Both the position numbers and the translations under genes were made by a program. Source: an uncultured delta proteobacterium (GTDB taxonomy: Bacteria; Desulfobacterota; Binatia; UBA9968). From it: a DNA stretch of 64,000 bases. The notes under the pieces are model-generated. The model did not search any database. It had not been told where the DNA came from and saw only the letters and a list, made by a program, of their open reading frames with translations. The stretch covers positions 1 to 64,000 of the forward strand of contig CAVUVW010000014.1 of the NCBI GenBank assembly GCA_963745035.1, written 5' to 3'. Shown here one piece after another: positions 44,502-53,820 of the stretch (within the stretch, counting starts at the first letter, position 1; every line of letters begins with the position of its first letter).

Positions 44502-46211
44502 TCAATGCTCGAGATGAAACTGAACACGAGAGCGACCGTTGATTCGGTCGGACTTGACCCGGTCAACGTAATTCCTTATCAGAAAACCCGCCAGCTTCGC
44601 GACCGCCCGCTCATCCCCCAACAGGTCCGTTTCCGTAGGCCGCGCGCTCGGAAATTCCATCGGCTCCCCCTCGTAGCGCATGTCGATATCGAGACTGAAC
44701 TCATCAAAACTCACGTCAGCGTCGATCCTGCCGATGTTCGGCTCTAGCAAGCTTACGGCTTCGATGAATTCGTTCATCGCAGACTTGGCGCGGTCGATCA
44801 CTTCCCTGCGCGCACCCCACCCTCCGCCCTGTTTTTCCATAAACACGAATATCTGATCTGAAGAATCCGCGCGCGGGTCGATTTGCAGCTTCGCATGCTG
44901 CGCGATGCCGATGCGAAACAAGAGGTTCAAGAGCAGCGCAGACAACGTCGCCACCGAAAGCGAGGAGGTAAAGGCAGGCAGAAGCACGGCGGGAACGCTC
45001 CGGTAGGCGCCGGGCATCAGGTCCACGCTTAACCCCAAAGCGACTGACGCGCCGACCACGAAGGTCTTGCGCGCATCCATCATGCGCGAGGCAAGAATCT
45101 GAACTCCGGCAACGATGATGAAGCACACCGTGAAAAACACCAGGGCTCCGATCACCGGGCCCGGCATGATCGCAAACAACACCGCCAGCTTGGGTACGAA
45201 AGCCAAAGCAATGAGCATTCCCCCGCATGCGAGGCCGATCCGGCGGCTGGTCGCACCGGTCGCAATGCACAGACCGACATTGGCGCTGGAGATCGTCAGT
45301 CCCATAGTTCCTGCTCCGCCGGACAACATCACACCGCACGATTCGGCAAGGATGCCGCCGCGAATAGACTGCATGTCCGGGCGTTTCCACTCGGTATCGT
45401 TGATCTTCTGGCAGGTGGTCAGGTCGCCCACTGCCTTGAGCACCGAGGCCAACACCGTCACCAGGAAGGGGAAGATCAGCGCGCTGCTAAAGGACCATCC
45501 CTCATGGAAGAAAGACGGCAGAGAGATGAGCGGGGCCTGCTCCAAACGGCGGAGGTGTTCATGAGTCAGCATGCCGCTGCCGTAAGCGCAGAGATAACCG
45601 GTTACTACACCGATCAAAACGCCGTGCAGCCGCCACTTCGACGAGCCCCACACGGTCACGCCCGCCATGACGAAGAAAGTGATGGAAGCGATGCTCACCG
45701 AGAGCGGATCGATGACCGCGCGTGGCTCTTCGATTCCTAAAAATCTCGAGACCGCCACGGGAATAAGGGCGAGACCGACCATCATCACGATCGTGCCCGT
45801 GACCTCGGCGGGAAAAAAGGGACGGAGACGATTCATGAAGCGAGAGAGCACTACCCCGAGGAGACCGCTCGCCAGAGTCATTCCCGCCAGCAGCGGCAGG
45901 CCGCCCGTCTTGACCGCCAGAATCGACGCCGGGATATAGGCAGGGCTCAGGCGCTCCGGACAGAGATAGCCGGATCCTATACCGCCATACCGCAGCGTCT
46001 GCAGAATCGTCGCGATCCCCATGACGATCATCGACGTATAGATCATCCGCTCCGCCTGCTCGGGGAGTATGCCGGTCTCCTGCAGAAGGATCACCGGAAA
46101 AACGAAGGCACTGGACAAGGCGAGAATATGCTGCAGGCCGAGCAGAAGCGTGGTTCCTAGTGCCGGACTTTCATCCAGGCCGTAAATCAAATCGGCCGGC
46201 TTTTTGGCCAC
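44502..46211 (-). CDS. NCS2 permease with C-terminal HATPase-like domain, copy 1
   Basis: same motifs as copy 2; probable GTG start at 46211 by alignment to copy 2. Confidence 0.9.
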   Translation of the reverse strand: MAKKPADLIYGLDESPALGTTLLLGLQHILALSSAFVFPVILLQETGILPEQAERMIYTSMIVMGIATILQTLRYGGIGSGYLCPERLSPAYIPASILAVKTGGLPLLAGMTLASGLLGVVLSRFMNRLRPFFPAEVTGTIVMMVGLALIPVAVSRFLGIEEPRAVIDPLSVSIASITFFVMAGVTVWGSSKWRLHGVLIGVVTGYLCAYGSGMLTHEHLRRLEQAPLISLPSFFHEGWSFSSALIFPFLVTVLASVLKAVGDLTTCQKINDTEWKRPDMQSIRGGILAESCGVMLSGGAGTMGLTISSANVGLCIATGATSRRIGLACGGMLIALAFVPKLAVLFAIMPGPVIGALVFFTVCFIIVAGVQILASRMMDARKTFVVGASVALGLSVDLMPGAYRSVPAVLLPAFTSSLSVATLSALLLNLLFRIGIAQHAKLQIDPRADSSDQIFVFMEKQGGGWGARREVIDRAKSAMNEFIEAVSLLEPNIGRIDADVSFDEFSLDIDMRYEGEPMEFPSARPTETDLLGDERAVAKLAGFLIRNYVDRVKSDRINGRSRVQFHLEH

Positions 46212-46651
46212 GATTCGAAGCTCTTGGTTGCGCAGAAGTTGTTGTGTCACCCGATAAGATACTAACTGGTAAGGAAATTCAACTCATTTTCTCGTAGGCG
46301 TACGGCGTGATCAGATGAAATGCATTCTTGGCGCGCCGATGCCCTATTGTCCGCAACCGACTATGCGTGAGCCAGCGTAGAGGATCGGTGGGCACATGGA
46401 ACTTTTGAAGACCGCGCAGCGGCGGCTTGAACGCAGCCTCAACGGTTGAACGGCTGGAACTGTTGGAAATCTTTTAGCGATCAAAAACGACCGTGCACAA
46501 GCAAACCGAATGGCGAATGTGACACAATCGTGCCAGACGACGGCTAATGTAAATAAACGCAGACTGACCAAGCAGAACAGCGGTCAAATCTGGAGTCATG
46601 CACCATGGCCTGGTAACCGTTGAAACGCCTTTCGCCTGATTGTTGTTATGC

Positions 46652-48346
46652 CTAAAGTTTTTTTTTCATGATCAGCAGATTTCCATCTTCCAGCCTTTGA
46701 TACTCGATCCCGTCCATCAACTTTCGCATGAGATGGATTCCCAATCCGCCTGCCGTCTTTTCATCGAGGGGCGTGGTGACGTCCGCTTCGGGCGCCGTGA
46801 GCGGGTTGAAAGCCCGTGCGTCATCTTTCAATTCCGCGATAACTTCTCCCGATTCAACCCTAATACGGACTAGGATCTCGTGCTCGCGATGATCGGAATA
46901 ACCATGAGAGATAATGTTGTTGACCGCTTCTTCCAAGGCGAGGTTAAGATCGTATAGGACACTCGGCGTAAGCTGGTGGCCCGCGGCAAATTCGCCTAGC
47001 CGCTCGCCTAATCTCGTGATTTCCGCGACTCTGTTTTTAAGAGTGAACTGCAGCTCTCCGTTGTTGCTTCCGGCTGGCCCCAAGTAGCGTATTGCCAGAG
47101 CCGTGATGTCGTCTGATTGCTCTGCGCCCGCGGCGAAAAGTGTTACCTGGCTGGTCAGGTGGTCAATCTGTTCCCGGGCGGAGGCGAACTTGGTTTGAGT
47201 CAAAATCGATTCCAGCCGCCGCTCCGAGAAGAACTGCCCCGCCGGATCCAAGGCCTCCGTGACTCCATCCGTGTAAAGGAAAATCGTTTCGCCGGAACCA
47301 AGTACCAAACGACCCCAACCGTAGCTACTGTCCTCGACCAGGCCGAGCACTCTTCCGCCCGTTTGCGGCACCTGTTGAACACCACCGCGAGAGATATGGT
47401 AAGGAGGATTGTGTCCACCGCTGCTATACTTGATCTCGCCGGTACGAGTATTGAGAATGCCGCAAAACAGGGTGGTAAACATTTGCGAGTCGTTATCGCG
47501 GCAGATCTGCCGGTTTACAGTCGACAGAATGTCGGACGGATTCTGAACTCGGGCAGCGATAGCTTTGAAAAGCGTCTTGATCACGGCCATAAATAGCGCC
47601 GCGGCCACCCCTTTGCCCGAGACATCGCCGATTGCAAAGCACAGGCGATCTTCGTCCAGAAAGAAAAAATCATAGAAGTCTCCGCCAACTTTTTTTGCCG
47701 GCGCAATGGCGGCGAAAATGTCCAACTCGCGGCGCTCCGGGAATGGCGGAAAGGTCTTAGGCAACATGCTCATCTGTATGTCGTGCGCGAGCTTTAGCCC
47801 CTCCTCCAGACGCTCCTTCTCGATATAGGCTTCGATCAGACGCCCGCGCTCCAGCGCCACGGTGATGTGATCGCTCAGCCCGGCCAACAGGGATTCGTCG
47901 ATTTCGTCAAACGTTTGGCGGTTTTTTTTATTCAGTACCTGAATCACGCCGACCAGGCTGTCGCCGTTGCCGATCAACGGCAAGCAGAGAATGGAGCGGG
48001 TGCGGTAACCGGTCTGTTTGTCGAAGGTCGGATCAAACCGCGGGTCCGCATGGGCGTCGGAAATGTTGATCAGCGCGCGTGTTTTGGCGACGGTTCCGGC
48101 GATGCCAACCCCAACCGGAATGCGAATTTCATTGATCTCGAGCTTCTGCGTGGTTTTGCTCCATAGCTCGTTGCGGGGTTGGTCGTAGAGAAAGAGCGTG
48201 GCGCGCTCCGCGTCCATGACCTCCGCGGCCTTGGCCACGATGACTTGTAAGAGGTTGTCGAGCTTAATTTCGCTGGCGAGGGCTTTGGCCACCCCCAATA
48301 ACGCTTTCAGGTTTCGCGCTTGGCGTTCGCTATCGACGGCCGTCAT
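46652..48346 (-). CDS. GAF + SpoIIE/PP2C phosphatase + RsbW-type kinase (HATPase_c_2) multidomain protein
   Basis: GAF (GIAG.VA..DPRFD..TGYRTRSILC.P..NK); GGDFYD, GDVSGKG, YTDGVTE, DDIT; EEAVNNIISHG, GGLGIHLM. Confidence 0.92.
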   Translation of the reverse strand: MTAVDSERQARNLKALLGVAKALASEIKLDNLLQVIVAKAAEVMDAERATLFLYDQPRNELWSKTTQKLEINEIRIPVGVGIAGTVAKTRALINISDAHADPRFDPTFDKQTGYRTRSILCLPLIGNGDSLVGVIQVLNKKNRQTFDEIDESLLAGLSDHITVALERGRLIEAYIEKERLEEGLKLAHDIQMSMLPKTFPPFPERRELDIFAAIAPAKKVGGDFYDFFFLDEDRLCFAIGDVSGKGVAAALFMAVIKTLFKAIAARVQNPSDILSTVNRQICRDNDSQMFTTLFCGILNTRTGEIKYSSGGHNPPYHISRGGVQQVPQTGGRVLGLVEDSSYGWGRLVLGSGETIFLYTDGVTEALDPAGQFFSERRLESILTQTKFASAREQIDHLTSQVTLFAAGAEQSDDITALAIRYLGPAGSNNGELQFTLKNRVAEITRLGERLGEFAAGHQLTPSVLYDLNLALEEAVNNIISHGYSDHREHEILVRIRVESGEVIAELKDDARAFNPLTAPEADVTTPLDEKTAGGLGIHLMRKLMDGIEYQRLEDGNLLIMKKKL

Positions 48347-48468
48347 TGAACTTGGAAAAAATACCGTAGATCAGTTTGCAGGTTTTTTCGATGGCGTTGC
48401 AACAAGGGGCCTTTGAACACAGCGCGGAAGGACAAGTATGTTCCTCTTGAAAACCGCGCCGGCCGATT

Positions 48469-49281
48469 TCAGATGTAAGCGTGCCTCAGCATCTCCGCCG
48501 CGGTTTCATCCAGTTGATCGGCACGCCGGACTTCTTCAAAACGCGCCAGCAAATCATTCACTCGCAGCCGGCGCTTATCCGCACCGCGAAAATCATGAAT
48601 GATCCGTCCCCGGTGCATCATGATCAGCCGATCGCCGAGATTAGCTCCCTGATGCATGGAATGCGTGACCATCAGCGTGGTTAGCTTTTCCCGGCAGACG
48701 ATTTCGTCGGTCATTTGAATGACTTGATCAGCGCTCTTAGGATCCAATGCGGCCGTGTGTTCGTCGAGAAGAAGCAATTTCGGCTTCAGCCAAGTGGCCA
48801 TGAGCAGCGTAAGCGCCTGCCGTTGCCCGCCCGAGAGGCTGCCTATAATGTTCCCGACTCTGTCTTCAAGGCCGAGATTCAACTGCTTCACGCGCTCGCG
48901 CAAGTCTTTCTTCAGCTCTGCCGATAGCGCCCATCCGAGCCCCCGGGAAAGGCCCCGGCGCGTCGCCATCGCAAAGTTCTCGGCGATGGACATGGAGGCG
49001 GCGGTGCCGCTGAAAGGGTTTTGGAAAACACGACCGATCATTTTTGCCCTGCGGTGCTCGGCCCATTGCGTCACGTCGTGATCAGCCAAGCGGATGGCGC
49101 CGCCATCCACCGGGAAACTGCCCGCAACTGCGTTGAGCAAGGTCGATTTGCCGGATCCGTTTGTGCCGATCACGATCACCCAGGAACCTTCATCGATGTT
49201 GAGATCGACACCGCAAAGCGCTGTCACTTCATTCGACGTTCCGGGATTGAACGTCTTGCAAACATTTTTGAGCTCAAGCAT
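48469..49281 (-). CDS. ABC transporter ATP-binding protein (putative Trp/Tyr-type family)
   Basis: GTNGSGKS, LSGGQRQ, LLLDEHTAALDP, VTH. Confidence 0.92.
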   Translation of the reverse strand: MLELKNVCKTFNPGTSNEVTALCGVDLNIDEGSWVIVIGTNGSGKSTLLNAVAGSFPVDGGAIRLADHDVTQWAEHRRAKMIGRVFQNPFSGTAASMSIAENFAMATRRGLSRGLGWALSAELKKDLRERVKQLNLGLEDRVGNIIGSLSGGQRQALTLLMATWLKPKLLLLDEHTAALDPKSADQVIQMTDEIVCREKLTTLMVTHSMHQGANLGDRLIMMHRGRIIHDFRGADKRRLRVNDLLARFEEVRRADQLDETAAEMLRHAYI

Positions 49282-50245
49282 TGAGCACCGATTCCGGCTG
49301 CGCTCCGGCTACCGGCTTGAGGGCGCCCGGCCTTTTTTCGAACTTGCTCAAAATCCGCGGCAGGATCAGCGCCACGAAAACAAATGCGGCGGTAATCAGT
49401 TTGAGATCGTTGGGATCGAGCCCCCAACGCAACGCGATGGCGACCAGCAGGCGGAAGAGAACCGATCCCATGACAGCGCCCGTGAAGGCCAGTCCCAAAC
49501 TTCCCGGGCCAACCAACGCTTCGCCTATGATGACGCTTGCGAGTCCCCAGACCACCATGCCGATACCCATCTGGACATCGGCAAATCCCTGGTATTGCGC
49601 CAGCATCGCCCCCGACAGCGCGATCAATCCGTTGGAGATCGCCAGGCCAAGCACGGTCATGCTTTCGACGTTCGCTCCGAGCGCGCGGATCATCTGAGCA
49701 TTGTCGCCGGTCGCTCTCATGGCGGTGCCAAGATTGGTCCGAAAAAAAAGATAGAGCGCCAGCCCGATGAGCGCGACAATGGCAAAGGCCATTAACAACA
49801 TCGAAATGTCGCGCATGCTGACCGGCCATCCGCCGAGGTTGATATCGCCGGTGGAGCCTGACAACAGGACTCCCGCCCGTTCGGCGTAAGTCCCCACGGT
49901 ACTTTCGGAAAGCAAGGGCACGTTGCTCTTGCCCATGACATGAAGATTGACGGAATAAAGCGCCGTCATCACGAGAATGCCGGCAAGCAGCGCCTGGATT
50001 TTGAAGTAAGTATTAAGGATGCCGGTGATCGTACCCGCAAGCACCCCTCCGGCAAAGGCGGCCGCAGTTGCCCAAAACGGATCGACGCCCTGCACCAACA
50101 AAACGGCGCAAAGCGCCGCGCCAAAAGTAATCGATCCGTCGGCCGTAATATCCGGGAAGTGAAAGATGCGAAAGGTAATAAAAACACCGAGCGCCAGCAG
50201 CGATAAAATCAAGCCGATCGTCAAGGCGCCGATCAGTAATGCCAT
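49274..50245 (-). CDS. ABC transporter permease (putative Trp/Tyr-type family)
   Basis: FPDITADGS, LLAGIL, GTAMRATGDN, QYQGFAD..MGIG. Confidence 0.9.
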   Translation of the reverse strand: MALLIGALTIGLILSLLALGVFITFRIFHFPDITADGSITFGAALCAVLLVQGVDPFWATAAAFAGGVLAGTITGILNTYFKIQALLAGILVMTALYSVNLHVMGKSNVPLLSESTVGTYAERAGVLLSGSTGDINLGGWPVSMRDISMLLMAFAIVALIGLALYLFFRTNLGTAMRATGDNAQMIRALGANVESMTVLGLAISNGLIALSGAMLAQYQGFADVQMGIGMVVWGLASVIIGEALVGPGSLGLAFTGAVMGSVLFRLLVAIALRWGLDPNDLKLITAAFVFVALILPRILSKFEKRPGALKPVAGAQPESVLNA

Positions 50246-50248
50246 GGG

Positions 50249-51487
50249 TCACTTCTCCGCGGAAATTTCTGCAATCGAGCCGATCCAGCAGGCGCCGCGA
50301 AAGAATTCACTCTGGCCGGCGCCCGATTCACGTTCGTCGTTGAGCAAGTGCAAGACTCCCTCCAGGTTCTCGACTTCGAACAACCCTCTGGCGGCCTCCT
50401 TGAGATTCGTTTCGCCTTTTTTGAGCGGATGGTATGAAAACGAGGCGGCGTGAAAGTGACCGGCGAGGTCGCAGTCTTTCGCCAACGGTCGGACGATGGG
50501 ATTAAGGCGCGAGCTTTGCTTCGATGTCGCGACGCCGACCACGAGCGCCACGGATCTCGCGTAGGCGCGCTCGGCGGTGAATGAAAGCCATTGGCGAATC
50601 TGCGGGTGCTCGAAAGCGGGCTGCGGCGCGGCTTCGAGCGCGGGCGAACGGCGCAGGGCGGCGCCCATGAGACCCGCCGATTCGGCGATCATGGCGACGG
50701 CAATGGCATCGCTCCCGGCCATTTCCCGGCACGCTTCGACGATCTCGCGCAAGGTCAATTGCAAGGAATTGTCCCTGCTTTCAAAGTAAACGATTTTTGA
50801 AAAATCGCCGTCGCAAGTGAGGCCGTAAAGAACTTGCAACCGGGGCACGAAATCACCGGTGGACAGAACATAATCGGGGACGTTGCTGCCATCGGTCGGC
50901 AGATATGCCGCAACGCCGGCTGCTGCCAAGAACTCGCCAAAACGCGACTGGCAGTCCTCGAAATTTTTGCCGAATGCGCCCAAGCCGATTCCCAGTGCTT
51001 CCTGACCAAACGGCAACTCCTGACAATGCTCCTTGTGGAATTGACATCCCACCAGCAGCTCGGGAGAGCCAATGACGCGCGCGGTCATTTTACTGGGGCG
51101 GCTTTCGAGAATCTCAAAGCGCGCGTTGCCGCGCACAAAAGTCTCCGCTTGCGTAGGCGTGGCGACCTGAACGTCGCCGCTTGGCGCTTTCTCAAACAGC
51201 AGCTCGGCCACGCCGGCCAATTCCAACACGGACTGCACTGCTTCGGAGGGTTCCGATACGACAAATGTCCCGTGGATCTCTTTGAGTTGTTTATAGGTCT
51301 GGAACAATACCCGGATGCCTGCGGAGCTAACGTACTCCACCTCTTTCATATTGAGCCGGATAGAGCGAGCTCCCCCGCGCAACACGTCGGCCACTTCATC
51401 GCCCAAATGCCCGGCCCAATAAGCATCGAGCCTACCTTTCGCTCTTAACTCGAAAGTGTCGTCCAACCGCTGTCGGGTAATTTCCAT
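50249..51487 (-). CDS. STAS (anti-anti-sigma-like) domain fused to a ~300 aa domain resembling alpha-acetolactate decarboxylase
   Basis: GRLDA, YVSSAGIRVL phospho-Ser loop, VLELAG; C-terminal GIGLGAF..GE..G.A...DGS, GHFH, VLHLL. Confidence 0.8.
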   Translation of the reverse strand: MEITRQRLDDTFELRAKGRLDAYWAGHLGDEVADVLRGGARSIRLNMKEVEYVSSAGIRVLFQTYKQLKEIHGTFVVSEPSEAVQSVLELAGVAELLFEKAPSGDVQVATPTQAETFVRGNARFEILESRPSKMTARVIGSPELLVGCQFHKEHCQELPFGQEALGIGLGAFGKNFEDCQSRFGEFLAAAGVAAYLPTDGSNVPDYVLSTGDFVPRLQVLYGLTCDGDFSKIVYFESRDNSLQLTLREIVEACREMAGSDAIAVAMIAESAGLMGAALRRSPALEAAPQPAFEHPQIRQWLSFTAERAYARSVALVVGVATSKQSSRLNPIVRPLAKDCDLAGHFHAASFSYHPLKKGETNLKEAARGLFEVENLEGVLHLLNDERESGAGQSEFFRGACWIGSIAEISAEK

Positions 51488-51489
51488 CG

Positions 51490-53475
51490 CTATTGACCGA
51501 TGACCTCTTCGGCTTTTTTTATGAGGGCGGGTGGAAGCGTCAAGCCGTTGTGCCGCGCCGCTTTGGTATTCAGAACTAATTTCGTTTTGCCGTAGGGAAT
51601 GAACGGAATTTTGGCAGGGTTCTCGCCGCGCATGACGCGAGCGGCCAACAAACCGGCTTCTCTTCCCGCGTCACCGTAGTCGCGTGCCAAGACGACCGCT
51701 GCGCCATAGCGCGCCTGAGAGGATTGAAAAGCAAAGATCGGCAATTTCGCTTTGTTGGCGGCTGCGGCGATACTCGGAAAAGCCGCGGCGGTGAGGTTTC
51801 CCGGAATCTGGCAAATCACATCGATGCGCTGACTCGTCAAAGCCAGCGCAGCGTCTGCCACGTCGGCACTGGTATTGGCTGCCACGGCGACGACCTTGAA
51901 GTCAAGTTTTCGCGCCGCCTCATTCAACTGCTCTCGGTGGTAAACCATGTTGACTTCCGCCGGCACAAATAAAGTTCCGAGCACCCGCACGTCGGGCCGT
52001 ATCTGGCGAATCAGTTCGAGCATCTCGGCATAAGCGGCGGTGTTGTAGACCCCGGTCACGTTGGGCAAATGATCCTCGTCGCTCCGGCCCGCTCCCGCCG
52101 CCACCGCGTTGGCCAGATAGGTAAAGACGATGGGTTTTCCCGCCGCGCGTTTGAGCGCGGCCTGCAGTGTCGGCGTCGACAGCGTGATCAACAAGTCCGC
52201 TCCCTCGGTGATCGCGGCATCCACCAAGCTGTTCACCGTCGCCATGTCGCCTTGCGCATTGCGAACGTCGACGACGTAATCCCGCCCCTCCTTCAAGCCG
52301 GATTCACGTAAGCCCGCGCGCACGCCGGCTTCGGATTCTTCGACATCTTGAACGTTGTTGTATTCGATGATTCGCACTTTCCACTTTTTTGCCAGCGGGC
52401 CTTGACTGTTATCGGCCGCCTGGCGCGGCGCCGCCTTGGTGCGCACTCCGGTTTCATTCACGAGAATATCCGCGCTGGCAGCGATGTCGTCTGGAATACG
52501 CCACGGATCCTTCAAGCCTCTCACGGCGAGTTGGTTGACCACCAATCGCCGCGGCGAGAAATCACGCACGGGTATCTGAGCCGGATCGGCGCCGCGAATG
52601 ATGTCCACCGCCAATTTTCCCGTGAGTTTACCGATTTCGTGAAAATTGGCGCCGAGATCGAGGATCGTACCGCGCTCGGGATCGCCGGGAGAAATACCGA
52701 AAGCCGGAATGCGCGCTTTTTTCGCGGCGCTCAGGACCGAGTTCAAGGCAGAAAGTATCGTATTGTCTCCAGGCACCCACAACGCCTCGGCCCCTCGTGA
52801 AGCGAGCGAACTAGCGGCTTCAAGGACGCCCGATGAATTATCTACATGCGCTTCCAAAAGCTCGATTTGTAATTCCTGCGCAGCCTTGCGCGCCTGGCCG
52901 ACGAACCCTACGGAATTCGACTCTGCGGGATTCCAGGCCACGCCCACCGTTTTGAGGCGCGGAAACATTTTACGTGCGAGCTGAAAAGATTGGTCCACAG
53001 GAAGAGGAATGCCGGTTCCTACGAGATGACGCGGGTGGTCCAACGGAGCATCGCGTCTAAGCCCAACGCCTGCCGCGAAAGGATCGGCCACCAAACCAAA
53101 GACGTGAATGGCCTTGCCCTTCGTGTTCGCCTTGGCCACCGCCTGCATGGCCGGAGTGCTGAAGGTCATGACCATATCGAACTGGCCGTCGGTGACTTGC
53201 CGCGCGATGGCGTTGAGCGTCGCCATGTCGCCTTCGGCGTTGTACTGGCGAAGCGCTATATTTTGCCCGTCGATAAACCCGTTCTCGCGCAACGTCTCGA
53301 GGGCTCCCTCGAGACCTTCGACGAGCACGGGTTGAGAGGACAAGAGGACAATCGCGACCTGGGGAACTCGCTGTGCCGCGGGTCGCCGCTGATGCCAGTC
53401 CGAAGCAAGCAGGAGCACCGCCGTCAGAGCAATGAGAGAGAAACCCAAAGATAATCGCGCAATCACCGAACGCAT
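51490..53475 (-). CDS. ABC substrate-binding protein with two tandem ABC_sub_bind domains
   Basis: NAEGDMATLN/NAQGDMATVN, STPAMQA/STPTLQA, NPAESNS/VPAEVN internal duplication; N-terminal TM. Confidence 0.9.
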   Translation of the reverse strand: MRSVIARLSLGFSLIALTAVLLLASDWHQRRPAAQRVPQVAIVLLSSQPVLVEGLEGALETLRENGFIDGQNIALRQYNAEGDMATLNAIARQVTDGQFDMVMTFSTPAMQAVAKANTKGKAIHVFGLVADPFAAGVGLRRDAPLDHPRHLVGTGIPLPVDQSFQLARKMFPRLKTVGVAWNPAESNSVGFVGQARKAAQELQIELLEAHVDNSSGVLEAASSLASRGAEALWVPGDNTILSALNSVLSAAKKARIPAFGISPGDPERGTILDLGANFHEIGKLTGKLAVDIIRGADPAQIPVRDFSPRRLVVNQLAVRGLKDPWRIPDDIAASADILVNETGVRTKAAPRQAADNSQGPLAKKWKVRIIEYNNVQDVEESEAGVRAGLRESGLKEGRDYVVDVRNAQGDMATVNSLVDAAITEGADLLITLSTPTLQAALKRAAGKPIVFTYLANAVAAGAGRSDEDHLPNVTGVYNTAAYAEMLELIRQIRPDVRVLGTLFVPAEVNMVYHREQLNEAARKLDFKVVAVAANTSADVADAALALTSQRIDVICQIPGNLTAAAFPSIAAAANKAKLPIFAFQSSQARYGAAVVLARDYGDAGREAGLLAARVMRGENPAKIPFIPYGKTKLVLNTKAARHNGLTLPPALIKKAEEVIGQ

Positions 53476-53820
53476 GGAACCTGTATGTCCATGCTACTTT
53501 TTACAGACTCTGTCAACAAAATCGCTAACCAAACGATTTGGCTCCAACCGAGCGCCGACCGATGGGTAGAGTAGAGAACAGGCTCATCATTCTTACTGAC
53601 TTCCCTCGACTATAAAGATCACGACGAATGGATGCGAACATCCAGGACAGCAGCCCTGAGAATTTTTCCGGATGAATACCAGTTATTGCAAAGCGGCCGA
53701 ATAGCGCTAGTCTTTGATTGTCTGAATCTGAATCGACCGATTCTAAAAGTACGCGATCATCGACGGCGTCCGGCGCTGCTCTTTGCCGGATAGGGTCAAA
53801 AATTCAGGAGGGATCTCGAT

